DNA of 64,000 bases, taken from Azolla caroliniana (lineage: Eukaryota; Plantae; Polypodiophyta). Both the position numbers and the translations under genes were made by a program. Below, piece after piece: positions 38,157 to 51,142 of this stretch. Location: contig JBHGNT010000013.1 in NCBI GenBank assembly GCA_043228905.1, positions 11,532,001 through 11,596,000 of the forward strand, written 5' to 3'. Each line of letters starts with the position of its first letter. The stretch's first letter is position 1. The notes under the pieces are model-generated. The model had not been told where the DNA came from. It was given only the letters and a program-made list of their open reading frames with translations, and made no database searches.

Positions 38157-40651
38157 CCAGGCGAAATTATTCAACGATGGAAAGAGAAGCTCTAGGGATG
38201 GTTTATAGCGTAACAAAGTACTGGCACTATTTGTTAGGCCGGAAATTTTCATTTCATGTTGACCACTCCATGTTAGTCTATCTAGTGTCTAAAGCATCAC
38301 TGACAGGGAAGCTAGCAAGATGAACCTTATTATTGCAAGAATTCGAATTTGACATATATCATCGGCCCAAAGTTCAACATGTAGTAGCAGATTATTTGAG
38401 TCAGTTGGAATCCGGAGAATCCGATAACGGGGTCCGCGACGAGTTCCCGGAAGCATCCTGGACGCAGAGTTGTTCAAGGTGATCGCGGAGGTAGCGGTGG
38501 ATGGAACGGTCGTTGGAGAAGATAAGTGGCTCACAGACATGCATCAATTTTTAAATACCGGAAGAGCTGAGTCGGGACGAGCGGAAACGACTTGCAATAC
38601 AAAGTCGACATTTTTGTTTGGTTCAAGACACAATATATCACAAAAGAGCCACCGGAATCTGGTGAGGCGAGGTCCGAAGAGACGAGAAAGAAGCAGTATT
38701 ACGTGAGGCCCATTGCGGAGTTGCCAAAGGACACTATACCGGAGATGCCACAGCCCAGAAGATATGGCACAATGGGTTATGGTGGCCAACAAGCCTAAAG
38801 GACGCAATCCGGTACTGCAAGGAATGTGACTTATGCCAAAGAATGGGGCAACTAACGGAGCAAGCCTTGATGCCGCATTAACCGGTACTGCCATTGGAAC
38901 CTTTCCAAAAGTGGGGGTTGGACTTTGTCAGACCATTCAAGCCACCAACAATGCGTACTAGGAACCGATACATTCTAGTAGCCACAGACTATTGTACCAA
39001 ATGGGTGGAGGCCAAGGCTCTTCAAGATAACACTGCAGCATCGATGGCGAACTTTTTGTACGAGTACATATGCTACCGGTACGAGTGCCCAATTGAGTTA
39101 ATTAGCGACCAAGGCGGACACTTCCTCAGCCATGTCCTGGAGAGTTTGACCACATTCTATGCGGTGGTCCACAAATGAAGCATGCCATATTATCCGCAAG
39201 CGAACGGATTGGCCAAATCAACAAACAAAACACTTCAAAATATCCTCCGGAAGATTGTTGTTGAGAATCAAGCTCAACATAGTGCAACGTGTGAACACAC
39301 CTTTTGAGAATCCATGATTACTCAAAGGTCAAGAGTCACACCACTACTCTCTACACATTAACTATGTGTCATAGAATCATATTCTATGACACATAACTAA
39401 TGAGTTACATATTCCCCATGACTATGAGTCTTCACATTCCCCAAGAGAGAGAGTGGTTGTTGTAAAGTTAATGAAGAGAGAAGGTGACTCTATATAAAGC
39501 ACCCTCCTCATACTTCATACTAAGTCGGTTGTGACTCCTTATTATGCTACATTTTGTAATTCTTATTCTACTTGTGAAATATACACCTTCTTCTTGAGTA
39601 TTCCTTTTTCTATCTATCTTGTGTTCTCTCATCTCTCCTCTAATTCCTCTCACACATACACATAACACACATCTCTTCCGCTACACAAGAATCATACCCG
39701 ATTCTTTACATGGTATCAGAGTGATTTGGTAGCTCGATCTAGCCCACTCGCCACATCATGATCGTGCGTTGTGATCTACGCCGACGTTCAAGAAGAACCG
39801 GCTCATCGCTATCATAGTACCACTACATAGCTCGAGTTCGAGAGAGAAAGAAAAGAAGAAAGGAAGCTTAATCGACAATGAATACTAAAATGGGGAGCGC
39901 GCTCTCCCTAGCGAGAAGTTGGATCACAACAACTTTGCATCAACGAAAGATTTTCGCCGCCAACACAACCACAAGAAAGTTTCAACTCCACCAAGAGTTG
40001 AACAACATCCAACAAAGAGATATGTCCATCACGAGCTACACCTTGAAGATCAAGGAGCTTTGCAACCCCCTCGGCTCTATAAGTGTCAATGTGGAGGATG
40101 ATGAAATTGTGCAAATATGCCTCGACGGCCTTGCACCACGGTTCGACATGATGTGGACCGCCGTACTAGCACGGGAGAATCCGCCCTCCTTCTTCGATCT
40201 TCAATCCATGTTGTTGGTCGAAGAGAATCATGTTCGAACAAGGAGCAATGCCTCGGAAGGCCACATGCTCTAAACGCATTCAGACGGAGGAAGAGGACGC
40301 GGCCGTGCAAAAAGAGGCCGATTCGGCCAAGGATGAGGCGGACGAGGTCCGATTTACGAAAACAACTCTCATTTACGGCAACAAGATGGAGGCCATCGAG
40401 GAACCTTTGGAAGAAGGGGGAGCCACCATTCCAGTTCGAGCCAACAAACCTCAATCGGATGCGGATATTGCGGCAAAGTCGGTCACCGTGAAGAAGAGTG
40501 CCAAAAGAAGATGCGTGAGTCAGCTTCCACTACTCACCAATTACGCCGCCGACTCCGAGAACAACGACTACGGTGGATCATTTGTAATGAGACATAGAGC
40601 AAATTCTATGTCGGCCTCTACTTCTACTAGTGCCTCTGGTCCGGAAGACAT

Positions 40652-41214
40652 TGTCGTGAAGAATTTCGGCCAGAGGTGGAAACCGGGAAACATTGGCTAT
40701 ATCGGCGGGGTGCAGCGTGTGTACACACCCATGTACATTTAGTGTGAATATCGAGGGCGCCTTTATGGCGCCGAAGAGTAGTCAAGTCGGGGCAAACGAT
40801 CCCATGTAAGTCGGGATTTGTCCCACATTGTAACCCATCCCTTTCCTTGTTCTATAAAAGGAAGGGAACACCCTTTGTGAAAGGGTTGCCCATTTTGCAT
40901 TAGAGGGTATACCGTTAGGTTTAGAGTTAGCTTCTTCTTCCTCTTCTTCTCCTTCGTGTTCGCTTAGGGTTTGCTTCAGCTCATCTCCTGCGCAAGACCC
41001 CGCTCGGCGCGACGAGCCCGTGAGCTCCCCGACGTCGGCTTGGCAGTTGACAACTACTATAACCTGCCTTGGAACGGCTCAAAGCCAGGAATGTATTCTT
41101 CTTTTATATACATATATACGTTTGCGTCTGTCTGTGTATATTCGCGTCTTCGTTGGTGTCGTGTGCTTCCCCTTTCCTGCACTTCCTGTACTTAAGGGTG
41201 TGAGTCGGGTTGGC

Positions 41215-41245
<31 letters not shown>

Positions 41246-41271
41246 AGCGAGTGTGCGTGAGTCGGTGTTAA

Positions 41272-41314
<43 letters not shown>

Positions 41315-41442
41315 AGTTGCTTCCGGTGTGCTTCTGGGATGCCCCGGAAACGGTGAAGCACGACTTCCTACGCTTCATCACTCCCTAGTCCAAGACCCCC
41401 GTGGTTCCGCCTTTCTCCACGCACACGCGTAACAACGCGACA
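40652..41442 (+). mobile_element. Solo LTR (791 bp), 4-bp TSD ACAT/ACGT
   Basis: TGTCGTGAAG...CGCGACA, TATA, (GT)n and (CT)n tracts; same family as 24163-24904. Confidence 0.88.
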
Positions 41443-41847
41443 ACGTATGGTTCCTCAATTCCGATGCCTTGAACCATATGACGTCGCATCAAGAATGGTT
41501 CCGAGAACTTCAAGAGCCGGACCGACCCGGCTATGTCGAAACCGGAGACGACACTATGCACCCGATTCGGCACATCGGCAATGTTCCGTTCGGAGAAGAA
41601 GGTAAGCAAACTTATATTAAAAATGTCTTGCATGTACCAACTATCACGAAGAATTTGGTCTCCGTCGGCCAAATTGTAGAGCAAGGAATGCAAGTATGAT
41701 TTAATCAAGGTGGTTGCTTCATCAAAAAAGAGGGCCGACTCATCGCTCACGGACGAAGAGAGGGCCGAATGTTCATTCTCGACTCACACAAGAGGAAATC
41801 AGCCATGTTCATGAAGGGCATGAAAGCCAATTCCAACATAGAGTTAT

Positions 41848-44800
41848 TGTTGTTCGGTCGACAATTACTACTTTGCCGACACAGTATAAGACGAACATTT
41901 GTACCGAACGTTCTATCAAGAAGTTGTGGTTAGACGAATAGATACGAATTATCCGTAAACTTATCGGTGATTACAGACACCGAGATCGTGACTTATGTAA
42001 TATAGCTTAGGCAGAAGGAAATAGATGGCAAGAAGCGATCCGTACACGAAGGTTTCCTAGCCAAACTTTATATTACTAAATACAACGATAGATTTATACA
42101 CTGCCTTCGGTTCCTTTTATCGGTAACCCAAAGGTCTTTTCTCATCAAGAAATCCTACTGCCTATAATTATCAAGAATTACAAAACTTCGTAACTAATTA
42201 TGTCCTATTCGGCTATCTGTTGAGTCATCGATCCGAACTGTCGATCCGACTCCGAACATCCTTCTGACTCTGACGCATCCATACTTGTCTGGGTAACACT
42301 TGGCATGCCCGTGGGCCAGGACTTTGTCCGGCGAACCCACAGTAACCCCTTCACTCCTACTGCTCTGAGGAAAGATCGTCCTCCAACTCCAATTCATTGT
42401 CTGCGTCGTCCTGCAAAATGTCGAACAATGAGGGTTCTTCTTCCTATGGTGCCACGCCGACATCGTCTACTTCTTCATCTTCGGTGTGCTCCCCATCATC
42501 GTTTTCGTAGTGTGCTTCTTTGCTCGATGGTGTTGGATCTGCTAATTCCGGTGCTCCGAGTCCAGGTGTTTTGCTTATTCTTTCAACTTCGATATTGTCT
42601 AACTCGACGAACGTATCGACATCATGCTTGTCGAATTCGTGCATGATTCGGTTATTTTCTTCTCTGAAGTAAGCCGCCATGTCTTAAAGGTCTTTAGCAA
42701 TATCTTCCTGCACCGTGGTCATTGCTTCCACCAACATCTTGAGGAAGCCTTTGCCCTGAACTTTCCGATTCTCTCTGTCGGCTCATAATAGCTAAAGCTC
42801 GGCGGCTTGCGCCGACCATGTTTGCCAACCCTTTTCCAGCGATTCATTGACCAATTTTAAGGTGTTAAGTCGGTGACGTCTTATGATTGCTTGAACCCTG
42901 TCCTAAGTCATTCTTTCCTCAAACTGTGTTGTTGCCAATGTTCTTCGCAAATCAATGATTACCACATTGGTATGTCCTTCGGCTTGCATTAGTTTGGCTT
43001 GTGCCACTAAGAGGTCAAGTCGCCTTTTCTTGGAGACCGTTTGAATTTCTGCACATCGGTTTTCTAGCTTCTCTTTCTCCTCATTCCAGTCGTTCTGCCG
43101 CTGAATCATTTTTCCATTGATTTCTTCTATCAGTTTGTCCTTTCCAGCCAACTGTGTAGTAAAACAACTCTCTTGGCTCTTGACATATTCTTCTAGTTCT
43201 TCGACTTGTTGCCTTGTAGCCGCTTGCTGTTGGGCTAATTGTCGGTGTAAATCTTGTATCACCTTATCTTTTTCCTCCAAGCATTTGTCGGTCGTTGTTT
43301 TTGCCGACTGCAATCGATCCTCCATTTCTCTAGTCCTGTCTTCGGCCTTTTCTGCCCTAATTTCTGCTTCTCTTTGTGTTTTTCAGACTTGTTCCAATTT
43401 GTGTTGTAGTTCTGAATCCGACTCCAAAGGTTGGGTTTGTGATTCCGGCTGTAATATCTGCTCTCTCGCTTTTTCTAGAGCCAATTGTGATTCTTGCAGT
43501 TTATCCTTCAACTGCTGATTTTCTTCTTGCTTCCGTTTATACTGTGCATTAAGTATATCTGCTGCTATTGTCACCTTTTGTATAATTCAGCCATATCTTT
43601 GGCTGCTCTACTAGCCTTTTCATATTCCCTATGGACTTCGACCAGTGCCTCATGTAATGGTGTTATCTGGATGGCTTCACCTCTATTTTTAGCATTTCGT
43701 TGTCGACCAATTCTATCCACTTCTGCTTGCTCATTGGGTTCGATAGCTCCACATAATGATTTTTGGATCATTATTTGATCCCAGTGCTCTTGCACCATTC
43801 TTTCTGACACTTCCTGGAGTCTTTTAGCTAACCACTCTACTAGTTCATATGATTTTCCGAACTGTAGAATGGCAGCTACTTCATGTGCTGCTGCCAGGAT
43901 GTCAAAAAAATCAAGTGCCTCTTGCATTGTTGTCATTGATACCTACCCTTTTTGAATTCGTGATGTGTCATCGGGATTAACACGAGGTACTTGTGTGCTT
44001 TGGGCGGCTTGATCATTAGTTCTCTGTTTCTTCTGCGTAGGTTGTTCTTTCTCTGGTCTAGAATATCTTTTGGATCGTTTTTAACCCTGCATTGCTTCGG
44101 CGGTTGTTGCTTAGTGTCGACTTGTGTCGATTCTTGCTGTTGTGAGGGTTGCTCGACTGTCGTCTCGCGTTGTTGTGTCCTTGTTCGTTGAACTTCCGGT
44201 TGTTGAATACCCGATTGCTAGTCAGGTTCGGGTTGTGGTGTCAACAGTTGAGACTGCGTCGACTGTTGTTGTTCCGATTCTTGTTGTTGCCTTGGGTCCG
44301 ATTGGTCAAAATCGGTTTGAGTGATATCGTCTTGCACCAATTCTTCTTCCCTCCACTCTTCCCATTGGACTTGTCGTCGGATTCGGGAGGACTGTACCTG
44401 AGGAGGCCTACGCACCTCAGATCGGTTTTCCGGCACTGAAGTCGGAAATAATACCGATAACTAATGAGCAAAAGTCAGCTTCATTGGTTTTCCCTTCTGA
44501 ACTCCACTCAGTTGCTCTCTCAGAGCATCTGCTAACAATAGCCCCCAATCAAAAGCTTCACCTTCATAAGCGGTGATGATAAATCTAGCCCTCTTTTTGG
44601 GCATACAATAGAATCTCGGACTAATAAACCCTACTTCCAATAAAAATTTTGCAACTTCCTGAAAGAAAACATCCCTACCTCCTTGTGTCTGATACGCTTT
44701 GGTGGAGGGCAAATACTCACCAAAATAGGACCGCAAACCATCTTCTGTGACCTTGTTGACAGCGTCGAACCCGCCTCTTGGCATCTCCAACACCGTTCTT

Positions 44801-47800
44801 ACCTTCTTATTAATAATCGTCGAAACATCGATTTCTGCTATCAGAGCGTCCGGGTGCGGCTCTGCTTCTGCGACTTTCAAGAATCCTTGTAAGTTATTGT
44901 GAACAAGCCAGCAACGCAAGTTATCAAATACGGTAATCGGCATATTGTCTTCATCGCTTGACAGATCATCGCTTGATAGATCGTCGCTTGACAGATCGTC
45001 GCTCTATGGTGGCGGTGGAAAACATTGTGGGCTATGGCGAAGAAGATCAAAAAACCTGTGAGCTTGAATGCGTTTCTGCTTCTGTGGTGAAACAAACATT
45101 ACAAAAATAGGTTTAAAGGAATTAATTTTTTGCATGATGCCTAGGGAATAAAAGCACTATTAATGTGGTAATGACTAGGTGTACTAGTGGAGTAATAACT
45201 AGGAATAGCAATAATGACTAATAGAAATATGCCTCCACTAGTTTTACTTTTAGCCTTCTGAAATCTCTCCAAGATTCTCTTCTTGACAATTTGTTATGAT
45301 TTGGCAAGAAAACTTTCTATAGTTAGTTAGTTTTTTTTTTTTTGTTTTTTTACTTTTCTTCCGATTCAGCCTTGAATGGATTTTCCGGCATGTCTCCATG
45401 ATATGGCTTAAGCCGGAAACCATTGACCCATTTCGGCAAAATCTCCCCTGATAGGGTTCCCAATTGATACGTACCATTTTTACTATTCACGATCCAAACT
45501 GGTCCTATCCATCTATACCGAAGTTTACCTGGCATAGCCCCCATCCTGGTCTGAAAAAGTACCGGTTTCCCGATTCCGAATTGAGTTTCGGTTTTTCTTC
45601 GGTGTCGATTTACAAATGCCTTCGTTTGCCTCTACTTGTGCTCTAAAACTGACATAGCTTGTATTCGGTCTTCTTCTAACAGCAATAAAGATTCCTTCCG
45701 AATTTGCTCCGACTATAGTTCATTTAATTTTTCGGTTGCTTGTATTCGGAGTGTCGAAATCTGGAATTCGATTGGCATAACTGCCTCCAATCCGAAAGCC
45801 ATTCAGAAAGGTGTTGATTTAATAGATGTTTTGTACGACGTGCGATATGCCCATAAAGCACTATGTAACTTTTGATCTCAGCCCATACAATTCTCATTTA
45901 CTATCTTTTTGAGTATCGTCTGGAGGGTTTTGTTTGTCGACTCTGCCAAGCCATTCGCTTGTGGATAGTAAGGCATGCTTTTCTTATGAACCACTGCATA
46001 GTATGCAAACAATTCATGAACAAGCTTGTTGATGAAATGTGTACCTTGATCGCTCACTAATTCTATTGGGCAACCAAATCTACACCATATACTTTCATAC
46101 AAAAATTTTGTTGTTGAAGCTGTCGTATTATCCCTAAGAGCTTTAGCTTCTACCCACTTCATACAGTAGTCAGTGGCAACTATAATATATTTATTGCCTA
46201 TTCTTACTGCTACCGGTTTGAATGGGCCCACCAAAATCCAAACCCCATTTCTGGAAAGGTTCAATAGGTAACACAGGTTGAAACGGCATCCGGTCCTTTT
46301 CTGTTTGTTGTCCCATACGTTGGCATAAATCACATTTCCGACAATATTCGATTGCATCCTTCATCACTGTCGGCCACCATAAGACATTGTTCCATATTTT
46401 TCTGGCTGTGGTTTCTCCAGCATAGTGTCCTCCTGCAATTCCACAGTGTGATTCCCGAAGAATGACCGATTTTTCGAATTGTCATATTGTTCTTCTCCAA
46501 ATACCATCTGCTCCTTTATGATACATAGTGTCGTTCAAAAGACAAAAATTACGACTCCATACCACCAACCTTTTCCTTTCGTCTGCCGACAGATGCTTGG
46601 GTGGTAACCCTACTGTAAGAAAGATTGTCATTTCTAAGATCCAAACATCCTCACTTTCTTCATTTATAACCTGTGCATTTACTGCTTCCAGTCGAAAAAG
46701 CTAGGCATCCGGAAAATCATCCTTGACACATGTGCCTTCTTCTCATGACTCCAGTCAACTGAGATAATCGGCCACTGCATGTTGTACTCCTGGCCGATGT
46801 AAAATGTTGAATTCGAATCCTTGGAGGAGAAGAGTCCATCTTGCTAACTTACCAGTTAACTCTTGTTTCAAGACCAAATAAAGAAGAGCCGAATGATCAA
46901 CATGAAATGTAAACTTTTTCCCCAAAAGATAGTGTCGAAATTTATTGACACTATAGATCATTCCTAAAGCTTCCCTCTCAGTTGTTGAATTGTTTCTTTC
47001 TGTTGTTGAGAGTTTCCGACTAGCATAGTACACTGGCCTGTACCAATTCGGTTCGGTTAACTACATTAATGCACTTCCGATTGCGATGTCCGATGTGTCG
47101 ACAAAAACATGGAATGGCTTATTCCAGTCAGGTGGTTGAATGACTGGAACTTTGGACAACATTTTCTTCAGACAATCATATGCATCCTGTTCCACACTTG
47201 TCCATTGAAAAGGAACTTTGTGTACTGCTGTATGTAAGGGAATGGTGATATCCTCAAGATATCTTATCATTCTGCTATGCCATCTAATCTGTCCCAAAAA
47301 ACCGACTAAGAGCTTTAGCATTTGTGGGTGCTGGTGCTTTCAGTATGGCTTTAACCTTGTCAGAGTCCACTGCAATTCCTTCCTGACTGATAATATGGCC
47401 TAATAATGTGCCACTAGTGACCCCGAAAGCACATTTTGCCGGATTTAAAGTAAGTCGTCCTTCCCAACATTTCTCCAAACATAGTCGTAAATACTTAAAA
47501 TGTTCGGTTTTCCGACTATAAACATCAAAATCATCCAAAAATACTTGCATAAAGGCAGGAATGTAATTCCCAAATATTTCCTGTATCACTCTTTGGAATG
47601 TCGCCGAAGCAGTCTTCAAGCCAAACATCATTACTACTGCTACAAACACTCCCCATTTTGTAACAAAAGTTGTCTTTTCTTGATCTTCCGGATTCATCTG
47701 AACCTGATTATAACCACTAAAACCATCTAGGAAACTATATACTTCATGGCGAACTACCGCATCCAATATACCATCCGTAAATGGTAATGGAAACACATCC

Positions 47801-50800
47801 GTAACGGTAGCCGCATTTAGTTTCCGGTAGTCGACACATACCCGAATCTTGCCATTCTTTTTCGGAACTACGACGATTGGACTTAACCATGTCGATTTTT
47901 TCACCAGACGAATAAACCCTACTTTCAAAAGTTTATCGATTTCTTCTTTTACTTTAATACCATAATTAGGATTTAATCAGTACCTGCGTTGTTGAACTGG
48001 CTTTGCATCCTTATGCAGGTTGATTTGATGTTGACAAAAAGTTGGATCAAGTCCCTTCATATCTTCAAAGGACCATGCAAAGACATCCTTATATTGCTTT
48101 AATAATGTTGTTAACCTTTGTTTGTCCGCTTCTATCATATCTTTAGCAATGAGTAATGTTTTCAACTCATTGTCCCTATCTTCTTCTGCCACATTTATTT
48201 CCTCCAATGCTGAAGCTTGAATTCGTTGGGACACCTTCATCTCTCTATCGGTACCTTCTTGCTGGAGTTGTATTTCCTTCATTGCTTGCTCATCTATTGG
48301 CAATTCCTCTTGGGAATCCACATATGGTGTCAAGGCTTGTAAAATATCTACTTCGAACAAAGGAATGATTTTCGGATTATCATCAAAATACTGATTTTCT
48401 TCGACCTCGTCTAATCCCTCCATCATATTAACAGACTCAGCATACATAGGCAAACATTGTTTGCTTGTCAAAACCTTGTTCTGTGTCGACACCCGGATTT
48501 TTGTTTTGCCTTTTCTGAATGTTAGTTGATTCTGATTCCAATTCTGCTTGATGTTAGCAGTCTTTAACCATGGTCGGCCTAATAACAAAGGATATGCACC
48601 AAGAGCTTCCAAATGAAGTATTACTACTGATATCAGAAAACTATGACCACCCAATACCACCTCTAATTGTCGGAGTAAGCCAATTGGTTGTACCATACTG
48701 GTATTTGCCATTCTTAGCCAAAATGGGCAAGCTTACCATTTAGTAATACCCAACCTATCACAAGTGGTTTTATTAATGACATTTACTCATGAGCCCCCAT
48801 CGATAATCGTATTTTCAATTTCCTGACCCTGAATTATTACTTTAATTGATGGATTTTGCTCATCCATGATTGAAGGGTTGGTGCTCGACTGACTATAGTG
48901 TGCCGATACTTGTTCTGATCCCTTTTGGGCAATCAATGTCGCCACTTTTTCAGTAAATCTAGGAACCAACTTAAGTAATCCAGTCAGTGGTAATGATACT
49001 TGGCAATCTGCCAAGATCTTCCAAGTTTCCTCTTGTTCTGGTAGAGCAATAACTCCTAGTAATTCAGTAGCTTGGTTAATTTCATTGTCTTGGAGCATCC
49101 GGTTTACATTATTTTTGTTTGCTTCCTCTACCCATTCCTTGGCTGCTTTCTGGACTACTTCTTGAATCTCCCACTTAGATTGTTTACTTTTGCTTCGAGT
49201 GGTTACTTGTTGTATTTCCGGTATAACCATATTAACCACCGGTCCTTTTCCTTTAGAAGGACATTGATTAGCATAATGACCAGTTTGACGGCAAATATAG
49301 CAAGTAGGAACAAACGTTCCACTTCCCTCGCCTTGCTCAAACTGACTAGTCCCATCATTTTGTATAAACTGTTGACCATCATTCGGCGATTGCTAAAACT
49401 GTCGTGAGGCTTTCGGCTTGTAGAATTATTATTTTTTATACCGGTTCTGCTTAAACCGTCCTCCATTTTGCTGTTGCTGATTCATATTCGGTGCTACCGA
49501 GAATTCTTGATTTTGTTGAAAATCTTGATTGTGCTGAAAATTACTTTGTTGAAAGGACTAATTATTTTGTTGAAAAGTTGGATTCTACTGGAATTTATTT
49601 TGCTAAAAGGCTTGATTTTTTTGAAAATTATTTTGTTGACTTTGTGGAAAACTATTCTGTTAGTACCCATTATTGAACGAATTCTGGTTATTGTGGTACC
49701 CGTTTTCAGGAAAAATTTGTCTTATCGGAGCCTTCGTCTTATTGAGCAAGTTATACTCACATTGCTCGACCGAATGAATTTTAGAATGACATATTGTGCA
49801 ATGTGTTCGCAGACTACATTCGATCGTCGAATGACCAGTATTTGAACAAGTAGTACACTGAACTGCTTATCGAAATTGTAACTCCTCCATCGTTGGCAGT
49901 GTACGATTTAGTGCTGACATATCCATACTCCGTACATTTATCGGTTGTCGGCCCATAGCGATTGCCTTATCAATCACTTGCTCAATATTCTGATTTCGGA
50001 AATTGAACACCTTCAGTGTTGTTCGTAATGGTTCACGAATTGCTTCAAGGAATACATCCTTCAATTCATTGTCCGGAATAGGCCTAGAAATTTGAAGTTG
50101 CAAATTCTGAAAACGGATCACAAATTGAGACATTGTTTCCTGCTACTCCTGATACAACGCATAAAATTGCGCTATCAAATCCTTTTGAGGTATCTGACGA
50201 TGAAATAACTGTAGAAATTTGTTGTTCAATTGTTCGAATGTTTCGAACCCATGGAGACCATTTTGCGCAAACCAATTAGTGGAATAACCCTCCAATGACA
50301 AAACGAACTCAACAATCTTAGACTTATCTTCGGTTGCCACCGACAGTCTCTGAGCTCCATGGTTAATCTCCCATGTTGTTAGGAAATCCCTCACATGTGC
50401 TTTTGCATCAACTCCCTCACGGAACTTCGAGTACGGATAAGGCATATTGTCCTCACTCCAAATATCGTAAAATGATACCTCTTCCGGGTGATTTTCGTCG
50501 GAAGACTGGCTATTAGTTAAATCAGGAAGTACATACCACCTTCTACTTGTTTCCGGTTATAATCCCTTAGCCGATTCTATCTCTAGCGTCTTCGTAACAG
50601 AACGCATATGACGACGTTTACAACCGACTGGTGTATTCGGACCAGACGACATCCATTCGTCTTGTTCTCTGCTATGTGCAGATGTAACCGGGCGTGCCAA
50701 AAGTATACTATGTTGTTCGGTCGACAATTACTACTTTGCCGACAAAGTATAAGACGAACGTTCGTACCGAACGTTCTATCAAGAAGTTGTGGTTAGACGA

Positions 50801-51142
50801 ATAGATACGAATTATCTGTAAACTTATCAGTGATAATAGACACCAAGATCGGGACTTATGTAATATAGCTTAGGCAGAAGGAAATAGATGGCAAGAAGCG
50901 ATCCGTACACGGAGGTTTCCTAACCAAACTTTATATTACTAAATACAATGTTAGATTTTTACACTGCCTTCGGTTCCTTTTATCAGTAACCCGAAGGTCT
51001 TTTCTCATCAAGAAATCCTACTGCCTATAATTATCAAGAATTACAAAACTTCGTAACTAACTATGTCCTATTCGGCTATCTACTGAGTCATCGATCCGAA
51101 CATCCTTCCGACTCCGACGCATCCATACTTGTCCAAGTAATG
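41848..51142 (-). mobile_element. Full-length decayed Gypsy E (9.3 kb): LTRs 50711-51142 and 41848-42298, gag, pol, accessory ORF
   Basis: TSD GTTAT (41843-41847, 51143-51147); paired LTRs; PBS TGGCACGCCCGGT (50687-50699, minus); IIDGGS, VFLDDF, WIGPVW. Confidence 0.96.
42355..44943 (-). pseudogene. Accessory ORF of Gypsy E (~860 codons, many premature stops)
   Basis: ORF pieces 44461-44943, 44218-44436, 43571-43936, 43383-43574, 42903-43325, 42444-42680. Confidence 0.85.

Noticed and set aside
42355-44943. Retroviral env gene
   Set aside because: Env position only; no signal peptide, TM helix or fusion motif visible.
47284-47928. FLDD instead of YxDD in Gypsy RT as a novelty
   Set aside because: F at this position is established in Athila-related plant Gypsy RTs (FMDD).
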